Below are positions 12,574-21,889 of a stretch of DNA of 64,000 bases, piece by piece; positions within the stretch are counted from its first letter, which is position 1; the number at the start of each line of letters is the position of its first letter. Made by a program: the position numbers and the translations under genes. Below the pieces are notes generated by a model. The model had not been told where the DNA came from, searched no databases, and saw nothing but the letters and a program-made list of their open reading frames with translations. The stretch comes from an uncultured Gammaproteobacteria bacterium (GTDB lineage Bacteria; Pseudomonadota; Gammaproteobacteria; JABCZS01), in assembly GCA_963848305.1 (NCBI GenBank), contig CAWKDC010000001.1, positions 1,440,001 to 1,504,000 of the forward strand. The letters run 5' to 3'.

Positions 12574-13053
12574 ATGAAAAAAACTGGCTTCGAACATGTC
12601 CGTGAATTCCACGAGACTTTCAACCATCCCATCCATACCACGCCTTTCGTCCCTGACGAAAAAACCATCAAACTGCGTTTGGCCTTGATTTTGGAAGAGT
12701 TCACCGAATTGACTGAAGCCTGCTTGGGTGATACTGAATGCGCTCACAAAACGTTGAGCACCCTGGCTCAGGCCATGGACAATGTGAAGGCCTTGCAAGC
12801 TGACGATCTCAATGTGGATCTTGTCGCTGTCGCAGATGCCCTGACAGACATCAATTACGTCACCTACGGCGCTGGTCATTGTTTTGGCCTGGATTTGGAC
12901 GCCTGCATGCAAGAAGTCCAGCGCGCCAACATGAGTAAACTCGGCGAAGATGGCAAGCCCATCTACAACGAGCATGGCAAAATCATGAAGGGCTCACGAT
13001 ACACCCCGCCGGATATTGCCAAAGTGCTGCAAGTTCCGCCTGATAAAGAGTAG
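12574..13053 (+). CDS. MazG-like nucleoside triphosphate pyrophosphohydrolase (DR2231-type)
   Basis: VREFHETF, LILEEFTEL, VADALTDINYVTYG, VQRANMSKLGEDGKP..GKIMKG. Confidence 0.85.
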   Translation: MKKTGFEHVREFHETFNHPIHTTPFVPDEKTIKLRLALILEEFTELTEACLGDTECAHKTLSTLAQAMDNVKALQADDLNVDLVAVADALTDINYVTYGAGHCFGLDLDACMQEVQRANMSKLGEDGKPIYNEHGKIMKGSRYTPPDIAKVLQVPPDKE

Positions 13054-13089
13054 GATGCCCATTAACTGAATCCAGATATTATGCCATTG

Positions 13090-13464
13090 CTCTCTATAAT
13101 GAATTGAAAAATATGGGGATATTGGCATAGATTCAGTCGATCACTTTCTGATGGCTGCACCAAAGAAAAATAGGAAAATTTATCTTCAAGACCCTTTTAT
13201 TTATCATGCGGTATCTGGTTTTGTTCATCAAGATTAAGGGCTCCAAGGGGGAGGTCGATGTGGCCGTGGTCAACGGGCAATCGTTTTTTACCCATTGGGA
13301 CCTCACAGCTCCGCTTGGATGATTTGAAGCAGATTCTCCTTTATCCCAGTGGGCTGATCTTATGGAACCGTCCCGAGGGGCAGGGTTTTCAAGATGTACC
13401 GGTCATCCCATTGCCAAGATTTTTGCTGAGCGAATCTATCCCATTGAATTATATACGATCATAA
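13090..13464 (+). pseudogene. Decayed C-terminal part of an AAA_14/DUF4143 ATP-binding protein
   Basis: Fragments in three frames: MAAPKKNRKIYLQDPFIYHAV (13151), IKGSKGEVDVAVV (13233), FLPIGTSQLRLDDLKQILLYPSGLIL...IPLPRFLL; left boundary approximate. Confidence 0.65.
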
Positions 13465-13555
13465 ATGAGCGATATTTTTCATTAAACCCGAGACAAACCC
13501 CAATTTTAATGTTAAAATTCTTCATCTCAAGATGACACAGTTTAGGAGTTTATTC

Positions 13556-13837
13556 ATGGCATTAACAACCGCCCAGAAAGCAGACGTAGTTAGCAAATCA
13601 GCTACACAATTCGCCTTAAATGCAAAAGACACAGGCTCTCCTGAAGTCCAAGTGGCTTTGCTCACAGAGTCAATCACCAAATTGACCGCTCACCTCAAAA
13701 TCAATAAGCAAGACAAACATTCACGTTATGGGTTGATCAAGATGGTCAGCAAACGCCGTCGTTTGTTGAACTACTTGCGCGCCAACGATGTCGCACGCTA
13801 CCAACAAGTGTTGGCTGCGCTGGATTTACGCCGTTAA
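13556..13837 (+). CDS. rpsO: 30S ribosomal protein S15
   Basis: [35 protein letters not shown]; AGGAG RBS. Confidence 0.97.
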   Translation: MALTTAQKADVVSKSATQFALNAKDTGSPEVQVALLTESITKLTAHLKINKQDKHSRYGLIKMVSKRRRLLNYLRANDVARYQQVLAALDLRR

Positions 13838-13913
13838 TCGCCGTAACGATGCCGCGCATCTGCTCCCGCTCGCTTTTTAAAATCGCTTTTATATACAAAA
13901 GGAAATATCGCTC

Positions 13914-16007
13914 GTGATGAAAATGACAAGAAAGACTTTCAAGTTTGGCAGACACACTGTCACCCTGGAAACAGGCCGCATTGCCAGACAAGCCTCTGGT
14001 GCTGTGTGGGTAGATATGGAGGGGACCATCGTCCTCGTTACCGCTGTCGCCATGAAACAAGCGGATCCGAAAAAAACATTTTTTCCATTAACCGTTAACT
14101 ACCAAGAACGTACGTATGCAGCAGGCTTGATCCCTGGCAACTACTTCCGTCGTGAAGGCCGTCCTTCAGAAGCTGAAACATTGATTTCACGCTTGATTGA
14201 CCGTCCTATCCGTCCTCTTTTCCCCGATGGTTTCATGAATGAAGTGCAAATCATTGCAACCGTGAAATCATTGAATCCCGATGCCAGTCCTGATATCGCC
14301 GCATTGATTGGCGCGTCTGCTGCATTGAAAATTGCCGGTGTGCCATGGGCTGGTCCTATTGCTGCGGCACGTGTCGGCTATCAAGATGGTGAGTATCTTT
14401 TAAATCCCTCTGAGAAAATGCTTGAAACTTCAGAATTGGATTTGGTCGTCGCAGGTACTGCGAAAGCGGTGTTGATGGTTGAATCTGAAGCCAAAGAATT
14501 GCCTGAAGAAATCATGTTGGGCGCGGTGATGTACGGTCATGCGGAATTCCAAGTGGTGATCAATGCCATTAACGAATTTGTCGCAGAAGCCGGCAGTGAA
14601 TCTTGGAACTGGCAGCCTGCTGTGTCCAATGTTGAATTGAAGGCGCAAGTGGAAGCATTCGTGAAAGGCGATATTGCCAAAGCCTATGAAATGCGCGATA
14701 AGCTCGTTCGTCGTGATCAGTTATCTGCACTCAAAAAAGCTTCGCTCGAAAAATTCGTGGTGGAAGGTGGCAGTGTCACTGCTGACGATGTTGGCAATAT
14801 TTTTGGTGAAATCGAAAAAGAACACGTCCGTCATCAAATTCTGTCAGGTCATTTACGTATTGACGGTCGCGACAATCAAACTGTTCGCCCGATTACGACG
14901 GAAGTGGGCTTGTTGCCACGAACACACGGTTCTGCATTGTTTACACGCGGTGAAACTCAAGCCATTGTGGTGGCAACACTCGGTACTGAGCGTGATGCAC
15001 AAAAGATGGATGGTTTAGCGGGTGAATTCAGCGAACGCTTCATGCTGCATTACAACTTCCCTCCTTTCTGCGTGGGTGAAGTTGGTATGGTCGGTGCGCC
15101 CAAACGCCGTGAAATTGGTCACGGAAATTTGGCTAAACGCGCCATCAAACCGTTATTGCCTGACATGAAAGATTTCCCTTATGTCCTGCGTGTTGTGTCT
15201 GAAATCACTGAATCTAATGGTTCAAGCTCCATGGCTTCTGTGTGTGGCACCAGCTTGGCGTTGATGGATGCGGGCGTGCCGCTTAAGGCGCCTGTCGCAG
15301 GTATTGCCATGGGTCTGATCAAAGAAGGCGAACGTTTCGCTGTGTTGACCGATATCTTGGGTGATGAAGATCATTTGGGTGACATGGACTTTAAAGTCGC
15401 AGGTACCGAAGAAGGTGTCACAGCCTTGCAAATGGACATCAAGATTGAAGGCATTAACCATCAAATCATGCAAGTTGCCTTGGAACAAGCCCGTAAAGGC
15501 CGTTTGCATATTTTAGGTAAAATGGCTGAATCCTTGACCGGTCCTCGCCAAGATATTTCAGATTTTGCACCCCGTATCACGACGATCAAAGTCAACCCTG
15601 ATAAGATCCGCGATATCATCGGTAAAGGTGGCGCGACTATCCGTGCCTTGACCGAAGAAACCGGCACCACGATCGACATCACTGACGATGGCACTGTGAA
15701 GATTGCCGCAGTCGACGGCGAAGCTGCGAAGAAAGCGGTAGAACGCATTCATGCGTTAACCGCCGAAGCAGAAGTCGGCGCAGTTTACAAAGGCAAAGTG
15801 GTGAAGGTTGTCGATTTCGGCGCATTCGTGAACTTCTTGCCCGGTAAAGACGGTTTGGTTCATATTTCGGAACTGAGCCATGAACGCGTTCAAAACGTCA
15901 ATGACGTGGTTCATGAAGGTCAAGAAATCATGGTCAAAGTGCTTGAAATCGACAAGCAAGGCCGTGTACGTCTGAGCGTGAAAGCGTTGGATGAACAGCC
16001 TGCGTAA
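13914..16007 (+). CDS. pnp: Polyribonucleotide nucleotidyltransferase
   Basis: [39 protein letters not shown]; KH and S1 domains. Confidence 0.98.
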   Translation: MMKMTRKTFKFGRHTVTLETGRIARQASGAVWVDMEGTIVLVTAVAMKQADPKKTFFPLTVNYQERTYAAGLIPGNYFRREGRPSEAETLISRLIDRPIRPLFPDGFMNEVQIIATVKSLNPDASPDIAALIGASAALKIAGVPWAGPIAAARVGYQDGEYLLNPSEKMLETSELDLVVAGTAKAVLMVESEAKELPEEIMLGAVMYGHAEFQVVINAINEFVAEAGSESWNWQPAVSNVELKAQVEAFVKGDIAKAYEMRDKLVRRDQLSALKKASLEKFVVEGGSVTADDVGNIFGEIEKEHVRHQILSGHLRIDGRDNQTVRPITTEVGLLPRTHGSALFTRGETQAIVVATLGTERDAQKMDGLAGEFSERFMLHYNFPPFCVGEVGMVGAPKRREIGHGNLAKRAIKPLLPDMKDFPYVLRVVSEITESNGSSSMASVCGTSLALMDAGVPLKAPVAGIAMGLIKEGERFAVLTDILGDEDHLGDMDFKVAGTEEGVTALQMDIKIEGINHQIMQVALEQARKGRLHILGKMAESLTGPRQDISDFAPRITTIKVNPDKIRDIIGKGGATIRALTEETGTTIDITDDGTVKIAAVDGEAAKKAVERIHALTAEAEVGAVYKGKVVKVVDFGAFVNFLPGKDGLVHISELSHERVQNVNDVVHEGQEIMVKVLEIDKQGRVRLSVKALDEQPA

Positions 16008-16023
16008 TGGCTTGTAAGGGCGC
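15933..16023 (+). repeat. 91-bp direct repeat, copy 1 (3' end of pnp plus start of a REP)
   Basis: GTCAAAGTGCTTGAAATCGACAAG...CCTGCGTAATGGCTTGTAAGGGCGC; matches 18188-18278 with one mismatch. Confidence 0.95.
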
Positions 16024-16172
16024 GTCTTCGACGCGCACGGGCGGGAATACCCGCCGCCCCTACAAACACGCGCTACCGGTTGCATTTGTAGGGGCGCATA
16101 TTTGCGCCCGTCGCGCTCTGCGTTTACAAAAAATATCTAATGAATAGGGCGAATGACTATTCGCCCCTATAC
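16014..16172. repeat. Cluster of four GTAG-type REP-like hairpins arranged as two inverted pairs (REPIN-like)
   Basis: GTAAGGGCGCG..CGCGC / GGGCGGGAATACCCGCCGCCCCTAC; GTAGGGGCGCATATTTGCGCCC / AGGGCGAATGACTATTCGCCCCTATAC. Confidence 0.8.
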
Positions 16173-16188
16173 CCCTGAGCAATCACGA

Positions 16189-17508
16189 TCATACAATCAA
16201 CTCAGCAAAATACAAGGGATAATATCGAACATAACCATCCTGCATCCCAGGTGCTTTTGCACTGAAAATAATTTGATAAGGTGGGTGATACTTTGCAGCG
16301 AATGTTTGTAAACTTTTCGCACGTGTCACGTTTCCTGATTTAACTTCCAGTGGAATAATATCTGCACCATCAGTGTGCAAAAATTCAATTTCAGATCGTC
16401 CTTCCTGCCAAGCATATAATGAAGCGTGTCTCGCATTCAATAAGGCTTGAGCCACATAGTTTTCTGCGAAATAGCCCTTGTAACTGCCATAATCTTGATC
16501 CAAGATAGCTTTCACAGGAAGTTGGCTCATGGCGCCTAATAGGCCGATATCATTCATATATAATTTAAAAGTATTATCTTTCGCATAAGCAGGTAGGGGA
16601 ATGCGTGGTGTTTCTATCACAGGGACTTTGATCACGAGCTGAGCCGCGCATAACCAATCAATGGTATCTGCCAATCGTTGGTAACGATCAATACCAGGTA
16701 AAATACCTTTGAATTTGAACTTTTGAGTGCTGCCGTCTTGAGCGCGGGCGAGTTGCGCTGGCACATCTCTCCACACACGTGCAATGTGCATGGCATTGAC
16801 CTTCCCTGCATGTTTAGCGATATCAGCTTCATAAGCAATGATCAGATCCTCCTGCTTATCACGTACTTTTTGAAATGCAGTGAAGAGCGTATCCTGATAT
16901 TCGACATAGATACTCACTGCGGCCGGCATGCCGCCGACCACAAAGTATTTTTTTAAGAATGTCCATAAGGATTGATGTATGCTATCTGGTATGTGCGTGG
17001 TTGTGGGTGAAAGAGTATTTAATAAGTCGAATAATTTTTGCTGCCCAATGGCGAGTAAAAATTCTTTGAAACTCATCGGGTAAAGGGTTAAAAATTGTAC
17101 TTTTCCAACGGGAAAAGACGCCTGATTTAAATGTAGTCCTAACAAAGAGCCTGCGCCGCAAATAGCCGCTTTAGGCATATCCTCACAAAAATATTTGAGG
17201 CTGGTGAGTGCACGTGGGCAAGCCTGAATTTCATCAAAAAAAATAAAATCTTCGGCGGGGTTGATGTCCTGGTTGATCAGAAAGCTGAGCTCAGAAAGGA
17301 TGTTTTTAGGATCTAACGGGCCGTTGAAAATGGGTGACAGGCGGCTGTCTTGCTCAAAATTGAAATAGTGCATACAAGGGAAATGGGATGCGCCAAACTC
17401 CTTGAGGATATAGGTTTTGCCACATTGTCTAACACCCTTTAAAATCAATGGGATACGATTTTTTTGGTTTTTCCATTGGATAAGTTGAGCCATGATTTGC
17501 CGTTGCAT
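16189..17508 (-). CDS. AAA_14/DUF4143 family ATP-binding protein (COG1373-like)
   Basis: Walker A GVRQCGKT, FFDEIQAC, FPVGKV, GGMPAAV, FKLYMNDIGLL, C-terminal EIEF...IPLEVKSG; start at ATG 17508 after GAGGT. Confidence 0.9.
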   Translation of the reverse strand: MQRQIMAQLIQWKNQKNRIPLILKGVRQCGKTYILKEFGASHFPCMHYFNFEQDSRLSPIFNGPLDPKNILSELSFLINQDINPAEDFIFFDEIQACPRALTSLKYFCEDMPKAAICGAGSLLGLHLNQASFPVGKVQFLTLYPMSFKEFLLAIGQQKLFDLLNTLSPTTTHIPDSIHQSLWTFLKKYFVVGGMPAAVSIYVEYQDTLFTAFQKVRDKQEDLIIAYEADIAKHAGKVNAMHIARVWRDVPAQLARAQDGSTQKFKFKGILPGIDRYQRLADTIDWLCAAQLVIKVPVIETPRIPLPAYAKDNTFKLYMNDIGLLGAMSQLPVKAILDQDYGSYKGYFAENYVAQALLNARHASLYAWQEGRSEIEFLHTDGADIIPLEVKSGNVTRAKSLQTFAAKYHPPYQIIFSAKAPGMQDGYVRYYPLYFAELIV

Positions 17509-17547
17509 AGATACCTCATTTGTTGCCATTCTTGCAAATTATGACAG

Positions 17548-17598
17548 ATTTGACATTTTTTACAAGCAAAAAATGTCAAATTTGACGTTTTTTGCAAG
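17548..17598. promoter_or_regulatory. Operator-like inverted repeat plus a third half-site upstream of the AAA ATPase
   Basis: ATTTGACATTTTTT-acaagc-AAAAAATGTCAAAT (perfect 14-bp IR), then ATTTGACGTTTTTTGCAAG. Confidence 0.6.
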
Positions 17599-17679
17599 TT
17601 CGAGAAACCTTGACAGGCGAACGGGGGGGGGGTAAAATCCAGATTAGTCATAGACCGGTCAAATAGTGAGACAATTAAC

Positions 17680-18201
17680 ATGAATTCAGAAGCCAAGATT
17701 CCACAGCAAAACAGTATGCTCAAAAACCTACAGACCACGTTTGCATCGCCCAATATGCATGCCTTAATGTTTTGTTATTCTTTGCCTTTGGTTGTTATGG
17801 GGTTCAATGAAAAGAATCCATTGCTGGAGAGTTTATTTCCATTCGAATTTAACGAACAGGGTGGTCTTCTGGCCCTTATCATATTATTTGGATTGGTAAC
17901 GCCATTCACATATCTAGTTGATCGCACATTCACCGATTATAAAACAACAGAAAAGGATCAAATGGTTCAAAATAAATTCCCAGGCTCTTATTGGACGACC
18001 ATCAATTCATTGATGTTATTTGGCACTGCACTCTATTTGTTACATGCAGGCTTCATTGCAGATGATCCGGGCGGGTTACAGCCTAGCACCACAGAAGAGA
18101 ATGTCTTTTTTGGGTTTATGTGGGGTGGCTATGCTTTATTAACGGGCGCTGTGGCAACAGCCAATGCGGTAGGCTTGTATAAGCAACGTCAAAGTGCTTG
18201 A
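17680..18201 (+). CDS. Orphan multi-pass membrane protein; last codons and stop lie inside the duplicated pnp segment
   Basis: 173-aa ORF with about 4 hydrophobic segments; TGA at 18199-18201 is within repeat copy 2. Confidence 0.7.
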   Translation: MNSEAKIPQQNSMLKNLQTTFASPNMHALMFCYSLPLVVMGFNEKNPLLESLFPFEFNEQGGLLALIILFGLVTPFTYLVDRTFTDYKTTEKDQMVQNKFPGSYWTTINSLMLFGTALYLLHAGFIADDPGGLQPSTTEENVFFGFMWGGYALLTGAVATANAVGLYKQRQSA

Positions 18202-18293
18202 AATTGACAAGCAAGGCCGTGTACGTCTGAGCGTGAAAGCGTTGGATGAACAGCCTGCGTAATGGCTTGTAAGGGCGCATATTTGCGCCCGTC
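18188..18293 (+). repeat. Direct repeat copy 2 (pnp 3' end, 18188-18278) running into a hybrid REP
   Basis: Matches 15933-16023; 18269-18293 matches the REP at 16088-16112 (24/25). Confidence 0.95.
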
Positions 18294-18335
18294 TGCGCCA
18301 TAGGCGTTTTTGTTCTTCACAATCTCTTACTTGCT

Positions 18336-18977
18336 TCAATACCTGAAAAGCAATCCCACATTAAAATACGGATCACTGACCGAATCTTCCGAATCCGCTT
18401 TGAATAGAATATTCGCATCAGCAGTGAATGCAATGAAGTGGTTAAACCAAAAATTGGCGCCTAACGCATAACTACCGTAGAACGTATCATAAATATATTC
18501 CTCTTCAAATTCATCTTGATCATCCGTACGTTCCACGCCGTAAACGTAATTAGCGCGCAACAATGTATAAGCTTCAAACCATTGGGCTTTGTAGCTGAGG
18601 ATAGGGCCGGCATAAATGTTGTATACGCTGCTATCTTGATTTTCAAATATTTTAGTGTTTTTCCCCGCGCCTGCACCGCCAATCAACGCAAGCGCAACAC
18701 CCTGATCAAGTGGGTTGATAAAACTGTATCGTGTCCAAAGACCCATTTGAGCGCTGGTGGTTTCCGCATTTATCCCCAGATCCCAAGCGTCGAAAACACC
18801 ATATCCCTGGCGGAGGTATACGCCGCCAAAACCTTCGAATGCAGCAGTGGCGCCGAATTGCGAACTCCAATTGCCCTTGCCTAAACTACGTGCTGTGGTT
18901 TCATTGGAGAAAGGAGCCGAAGAGCAGGCTACGATCAGCGAGGAAAGCAACAGTACGGGTATGGCGTTGTATTTCAT
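18336..18977 (-). CDS. Putative outer-membrane beta-barrel lipoprotein
   Basis: Signal peptide with lipobox LIVA-C; alternating aromatic strands; C-terminal FNVGLLFRY beta-signal. Confidence 0.7.
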   Translation of the reverse strand: MKYNAIPVLLLSSLIVACSSAPFSNETTARSLGKGNWSSQFGATAAFEGFGGVYLRQGYGVFDAWDLGINAETTSAQMGLWTRYSFINPLDQGVALALIGGAGAGKNTKIFENQDSSVYNIYAGPILSYKAQWFEAYTLLRANYVYGVERTDDQDEFEEEYIYDTFYGSYALGANFWFNHFIAFTADANILFKADSEDSVSDPYFNVGLLFRY

Positions 18978-19016
18978 GAAACATCCCATTGTTCAAAACA
19001 TGTGAAAATGGGCTTC

Positions 19017-19105
19017 AGGCCGAAGGCCTGCAAGTTTTTTAGCCCAGGGTTAGGTGTGCCCCGGCTTTCGCCGGGGTACACTCTTTTGCGCATCGCAACC
19101 TTGGG
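19017..19105. repeat. Palindromic intergenic element (copy A) with a nested GC hairpin
   Basis: AGGCCGAAGGCCT..TTTAGCCCAGGGTTAGGTG..GCGCATCGCAACCTTGGG; related copy at 54650-54713. Confidence 0.6.
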
Positions 19106-19170
19106 TACCTGCTTGATATCTGGGCCAGTTTGGTGGTAAACTGAACAAATAACGGCTCAGGGGGCAACAT

Positions 19171-20298
19171 ATGAATACAGCAGCTCAAATCGCATTTTCC
19201 CATAAAATTCAGTCTCTTAAAGAGGAAAATGGTGGCACCATCCAAAGCTTTGTTCTGTTCGAAGCGTTTGCCATTTGGTTGAGGCAATATGTTCAACCAT
19301 GGACACAACCACCACATGCAGACGCGCCGGATCACAGTTTTAACCGTATTAGAGATGCCGCCGATACTTTTGATCGTGCAATAAGATCTGCTGTCAAGGG
19401 ATCTCAAAAAACCGCTGCCCATGCTCAATTCATTCTGGATATTATTTTCGATCCCATCGATCCTGAGCCAAAGACCATTATCATTCAAAAGCCTATTATT
19501 TTTTATGGCGCAAATCCTTCTCCGGGCATCCATGATTTCGATACCCTATCTCGCATTCAAAATCTCAAGTTAGTGCAACGTAAACAGGGCATTGCGGCCT
19601 CTGGGAATTATGATAAGTTACTTTCTCTGGCAGCAGCGATTCATTGCTTCAAGCAAGAAGCCAAGGCGCTCAAAAGAAAAATGAGGAGTTGGACACTAGA
19701 TGCTCAACCTCGAGGGGCACTGATAAAAAATTGGCTAGAAAAACATCTTGAGGAAACTCCAGCTGTTTCAAATCTCCCTTCGAGTCGTATCCCAGCACAT
19801 CATGAGGAAACTCCAGCTGTTTCAAATCTCCCTTCGAGTCGTATCCCAGCACATCATGAGGAAACTCCAGCTGTTTCAAATCTCCCTTCGAGTCGTATCC
19901 CAGCACATCATGAGGAAACTCCAGCTGTTTCAAATCTCCCTTCGAGTCGTATCCCAGCACATCATGAGGAAACTGAAGACAGCTCGCGGCGCGTATCGCC
20001 GGGTGTAGCGTTTTATTACGGCTTTATCGAATGTTTTTATGTGGGCGCAATACTCAGCATAGCTTTTTCATTCGCCAATCTTCCGCCAGAAATCCACGAT
20101 GATATCTTTTCATTGCCTGGTGGCGGACCAATGGCTTGTTTATGGATAGGCGTGGTGGTTGGTGTGGTCGTCGGTTTTGGTGCGGCGTACTACGTTGCTT
20201 CAAGACAGGCTGCAACGCGAAACATGCAGATTGTGCAGGGAACAAATCCGAGTGATCATAGTATCAATACTCCCCTGCTAGATGTGTCCCGGAGCTAA
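19171..20298 (+). CDS. Orphan effector-like protein with 18-aa tandem repeats and two C-terminal TM helices
   Basis: 375-aa ORF; (EETPAVSNLPSSRIPAHH)x4; hydrophobic segments near the C-terminus. Confidence 0.75.
   Translation: MNTAAQIAFSHKIQSLKEENGGTIQSFVLFEAFAIWLRQYVQPWTQPPHADAPDHSFNRIRDAADTFDRAIRSAVKGSQKTAAHAQFILDIIFDPIDPEPKTIIIQKPIIFYGANPSPGIHDFDTLSRIQNLKLVQRKQGIAASGNYDKLLSLAAAIHCFKQEAKALKRKMRSWTLDAQPRGALIKNWLEKHLEETPAVSNLPSSRIPAHHEETPAVSNLPSSRIPAHHEETPAVSNLPSSRIPAHHEETPAVSNLPSSRIPAHHEETEDSSRRVSPGVAFYYGFIECFYVGAILSIAFSFANLPPEIHDDIFSLPGGGPMACLWIGVVVGVVVGFGAAYYVASRQAATRNMQIVQGTNPSDHSINTPLLDVSRS
19750..19974 (+). repeat. Coding tandem repeat, 4 identical 54-bp units plus a partial unit
   Basis: GAGGAAACTCCAGCTGTTTCAAATCTCCCTTCGAGTCGTATCCCAGCACATCAT at 19750, 19804, 19858, 19912. 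Confidence 0.97.
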
Positions 20299-20349
20299 AG
20301 TATCAAACTTCTGGTTTTATCTCAATAGCAATTTATAAAAAGCTCTAAG

Positions 20350-20374
20350 GCTACAAGGCCATTGGCCTTGTAGC
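20350..20374. terminator. Hairpin between convergent genes
   Basis: GCTACAAGGCC-att-GGCCTTGTAGC; no clear U-tract. Confidence 0.5.
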
Positions 20375-20390
20375 TACGGTAAACCAGCGT

Positions 20391-21164
20391 TCAGTACGTC
20401 GTTGGTTTCGTTGTGGGATCCGAGGTTGCATGAGCCGTTGATGACGCACCCGTTGCAGCAGCACCCGCGGGGGTGTTGATAATGATCGATGAAGATGCTG
20501 GACTGGCCGGCGTGTCGAGACTTTGTAAACGTGATCGAATGAGAGCCGCCGTGTTGGGTTCTTGAGCAAAGTATGCGCCAAGTGCAGTGGATTCATCTAA
20601 CGCTTGATTGAGACGTGCCCTTTGATTTTCAACCGGTGTATCATTGACCAGGCGAGTGATGAGATATTGATAGAGACTGGCGTGAGTCATATGCTCATTG
20701 AGCACATTTCTTGCATTTAATAATTGATTCAGTTGGGCAGGTGCTGCCTTTCGTGCTGAGTCATAAAAAATTGCATTATGAAGCAGTACGAAGAAATCAT
20801 TATCAACCGTATTAATGAAAGATTCTACAGTCAATCCTAAGCGGACAATACTTGCATCTGCACCCGATCTGAGTAGATAAATAACAGTTTGTTGTTGATT
20901 TGTTTGTGTTGCTTTCATAAGGGGAGTGTAATCATCAGAGGGTAAGCCATTTACCGCGCCTCCCTTTGCTAGAAAGATAGGAAGTATATTGAACCTCCCC
21001 AATACTGCAGCATATTCGAAAGGAGAATCTTGACCTTGACTCGGTTGGTTGATCAGGTCAGGTATATTAACGTTAGGCGTGTCGAGTAGCTGGGAGATTT
21101 CATCCTGAGAATCTGCGAAAATCAAAGCCATGAGTTGTTGGCGTAGTGCTTCAATGTTAACCAT
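20391..21164 (-). CDS. Ankyrin-repeat protein (effector-like)
   Basis: SPFEYAAVLGRFNILPIFLAKGGAVN and YTPLMKATQTNQQQTVIYLLRSGAD repeats; low-complexity tail. Confidence 0.85.
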   Translation of the reverse strand: MVNIEALRQQLMALIFADSQDEISQLLDTPNVNIPDLINQPSQGQDSPFEYAAVLGRFNILPIFLAKGGAVNGLPSDDYTPLMKATQTNQQQTVIYLLRSGADASIVRLGLTVESFINTVDNDFFVLLHNAIFYDSARKAAPAQLNQLLNARNVLNEHMTHASLYQYLITRLVNDTPVENQRARLNQALDESTALGAYFAQEPNTAALIRSRLQSLDTPASPASSSIIINTPAGAAATGASSTAHATSDPTTKPTTY

Positions 21165-21364
21165 AAGATTTCTCCCAATGCGTTCAAAAAAGTTTGATAA
21201 TCCATTCCAATCATGAGATGCAATGTTTGAAAAACAATTCTCGCGACCTCATATTCATTTGTGATGATACCTCAAAAATATAAAACAATTCAACCCTTAT
21301 CTCTATTCATTAGAGAAGAAGTGGTGGATGAGGAAGAGGATTTTTAAAGGCGCATACAAAAGCA

Positions 21365-21694
21365 TCAGTTGATGACACATTCGCTTGTAGTCGCCGTATT
21401 GTCAGGATGCAATCTAGCCCAGTTTTCTTCAGCGTCCCTAAGAAACAGCACAGCTTTTTCTCTCGGTTCTGTCTTTTGAAGTTCATAGTCACGCGCAGTT
21501 TTTTGATCGTTGTCTCTGACGGTAGGGTTTGTGCCAGCTTCTACGAATAAACGAAGTTCTTTGCGTAACGTGAATCCATTTATTCCCACAGTCAAATTAT
21601 GCAGGTGTGTTCGACCATGCACATCGACCTCGTTTACTTTAACAATATTCATATTGATGAGGGAACGAACCTCATTGTAGTAGTTTAAGCGCAT
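21365..21694 (-). CDS. Small degenerate ankyrin-repeat protein
   Basis: VNEVDVHGRTHLH...LFVEAGTNPTVRDNDQKTARD; start uncertain. Confidence 0.6.
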   Translation of the reverse strand: MRLNYYNEVRSLINMNIVKVNEVDVHGRTHLHNLTVGINGFTLRKELRLFVEAGTNPTVRDNDQKTARDYELQKTEPREKAVLFLRDAEENWARLHPDNTATTSECVIN

Positions 21695-21889
21695 TAGAAA
21701 TAGATGGAATCCCGAGACAGTACATATTGATTAACGACATGACATTCCTAGGCAGTATAGGGGTGCTTTGATTTTTCGAAAATTTTTTTTGCTGACAAAT
21801 CAGTTGGGTTTGGAAATTATCAAATGCATTGACAAGAGAGCCTGGCACCCTTTAAGATAGTCAACATATTGGGTATTTTGTAGGGGGAT

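Noticed and set aside
15933-18278. Diversity-generating retroelement TR/VR pair
   Set aside because: Only one mismatch between the copies and no reverse transcriptase in the window
19750-19974. Possible CRISPR array
   Set aside because: Units are contiguous and identical with no spacers, in-frame within a CDS, and no cas genes are present
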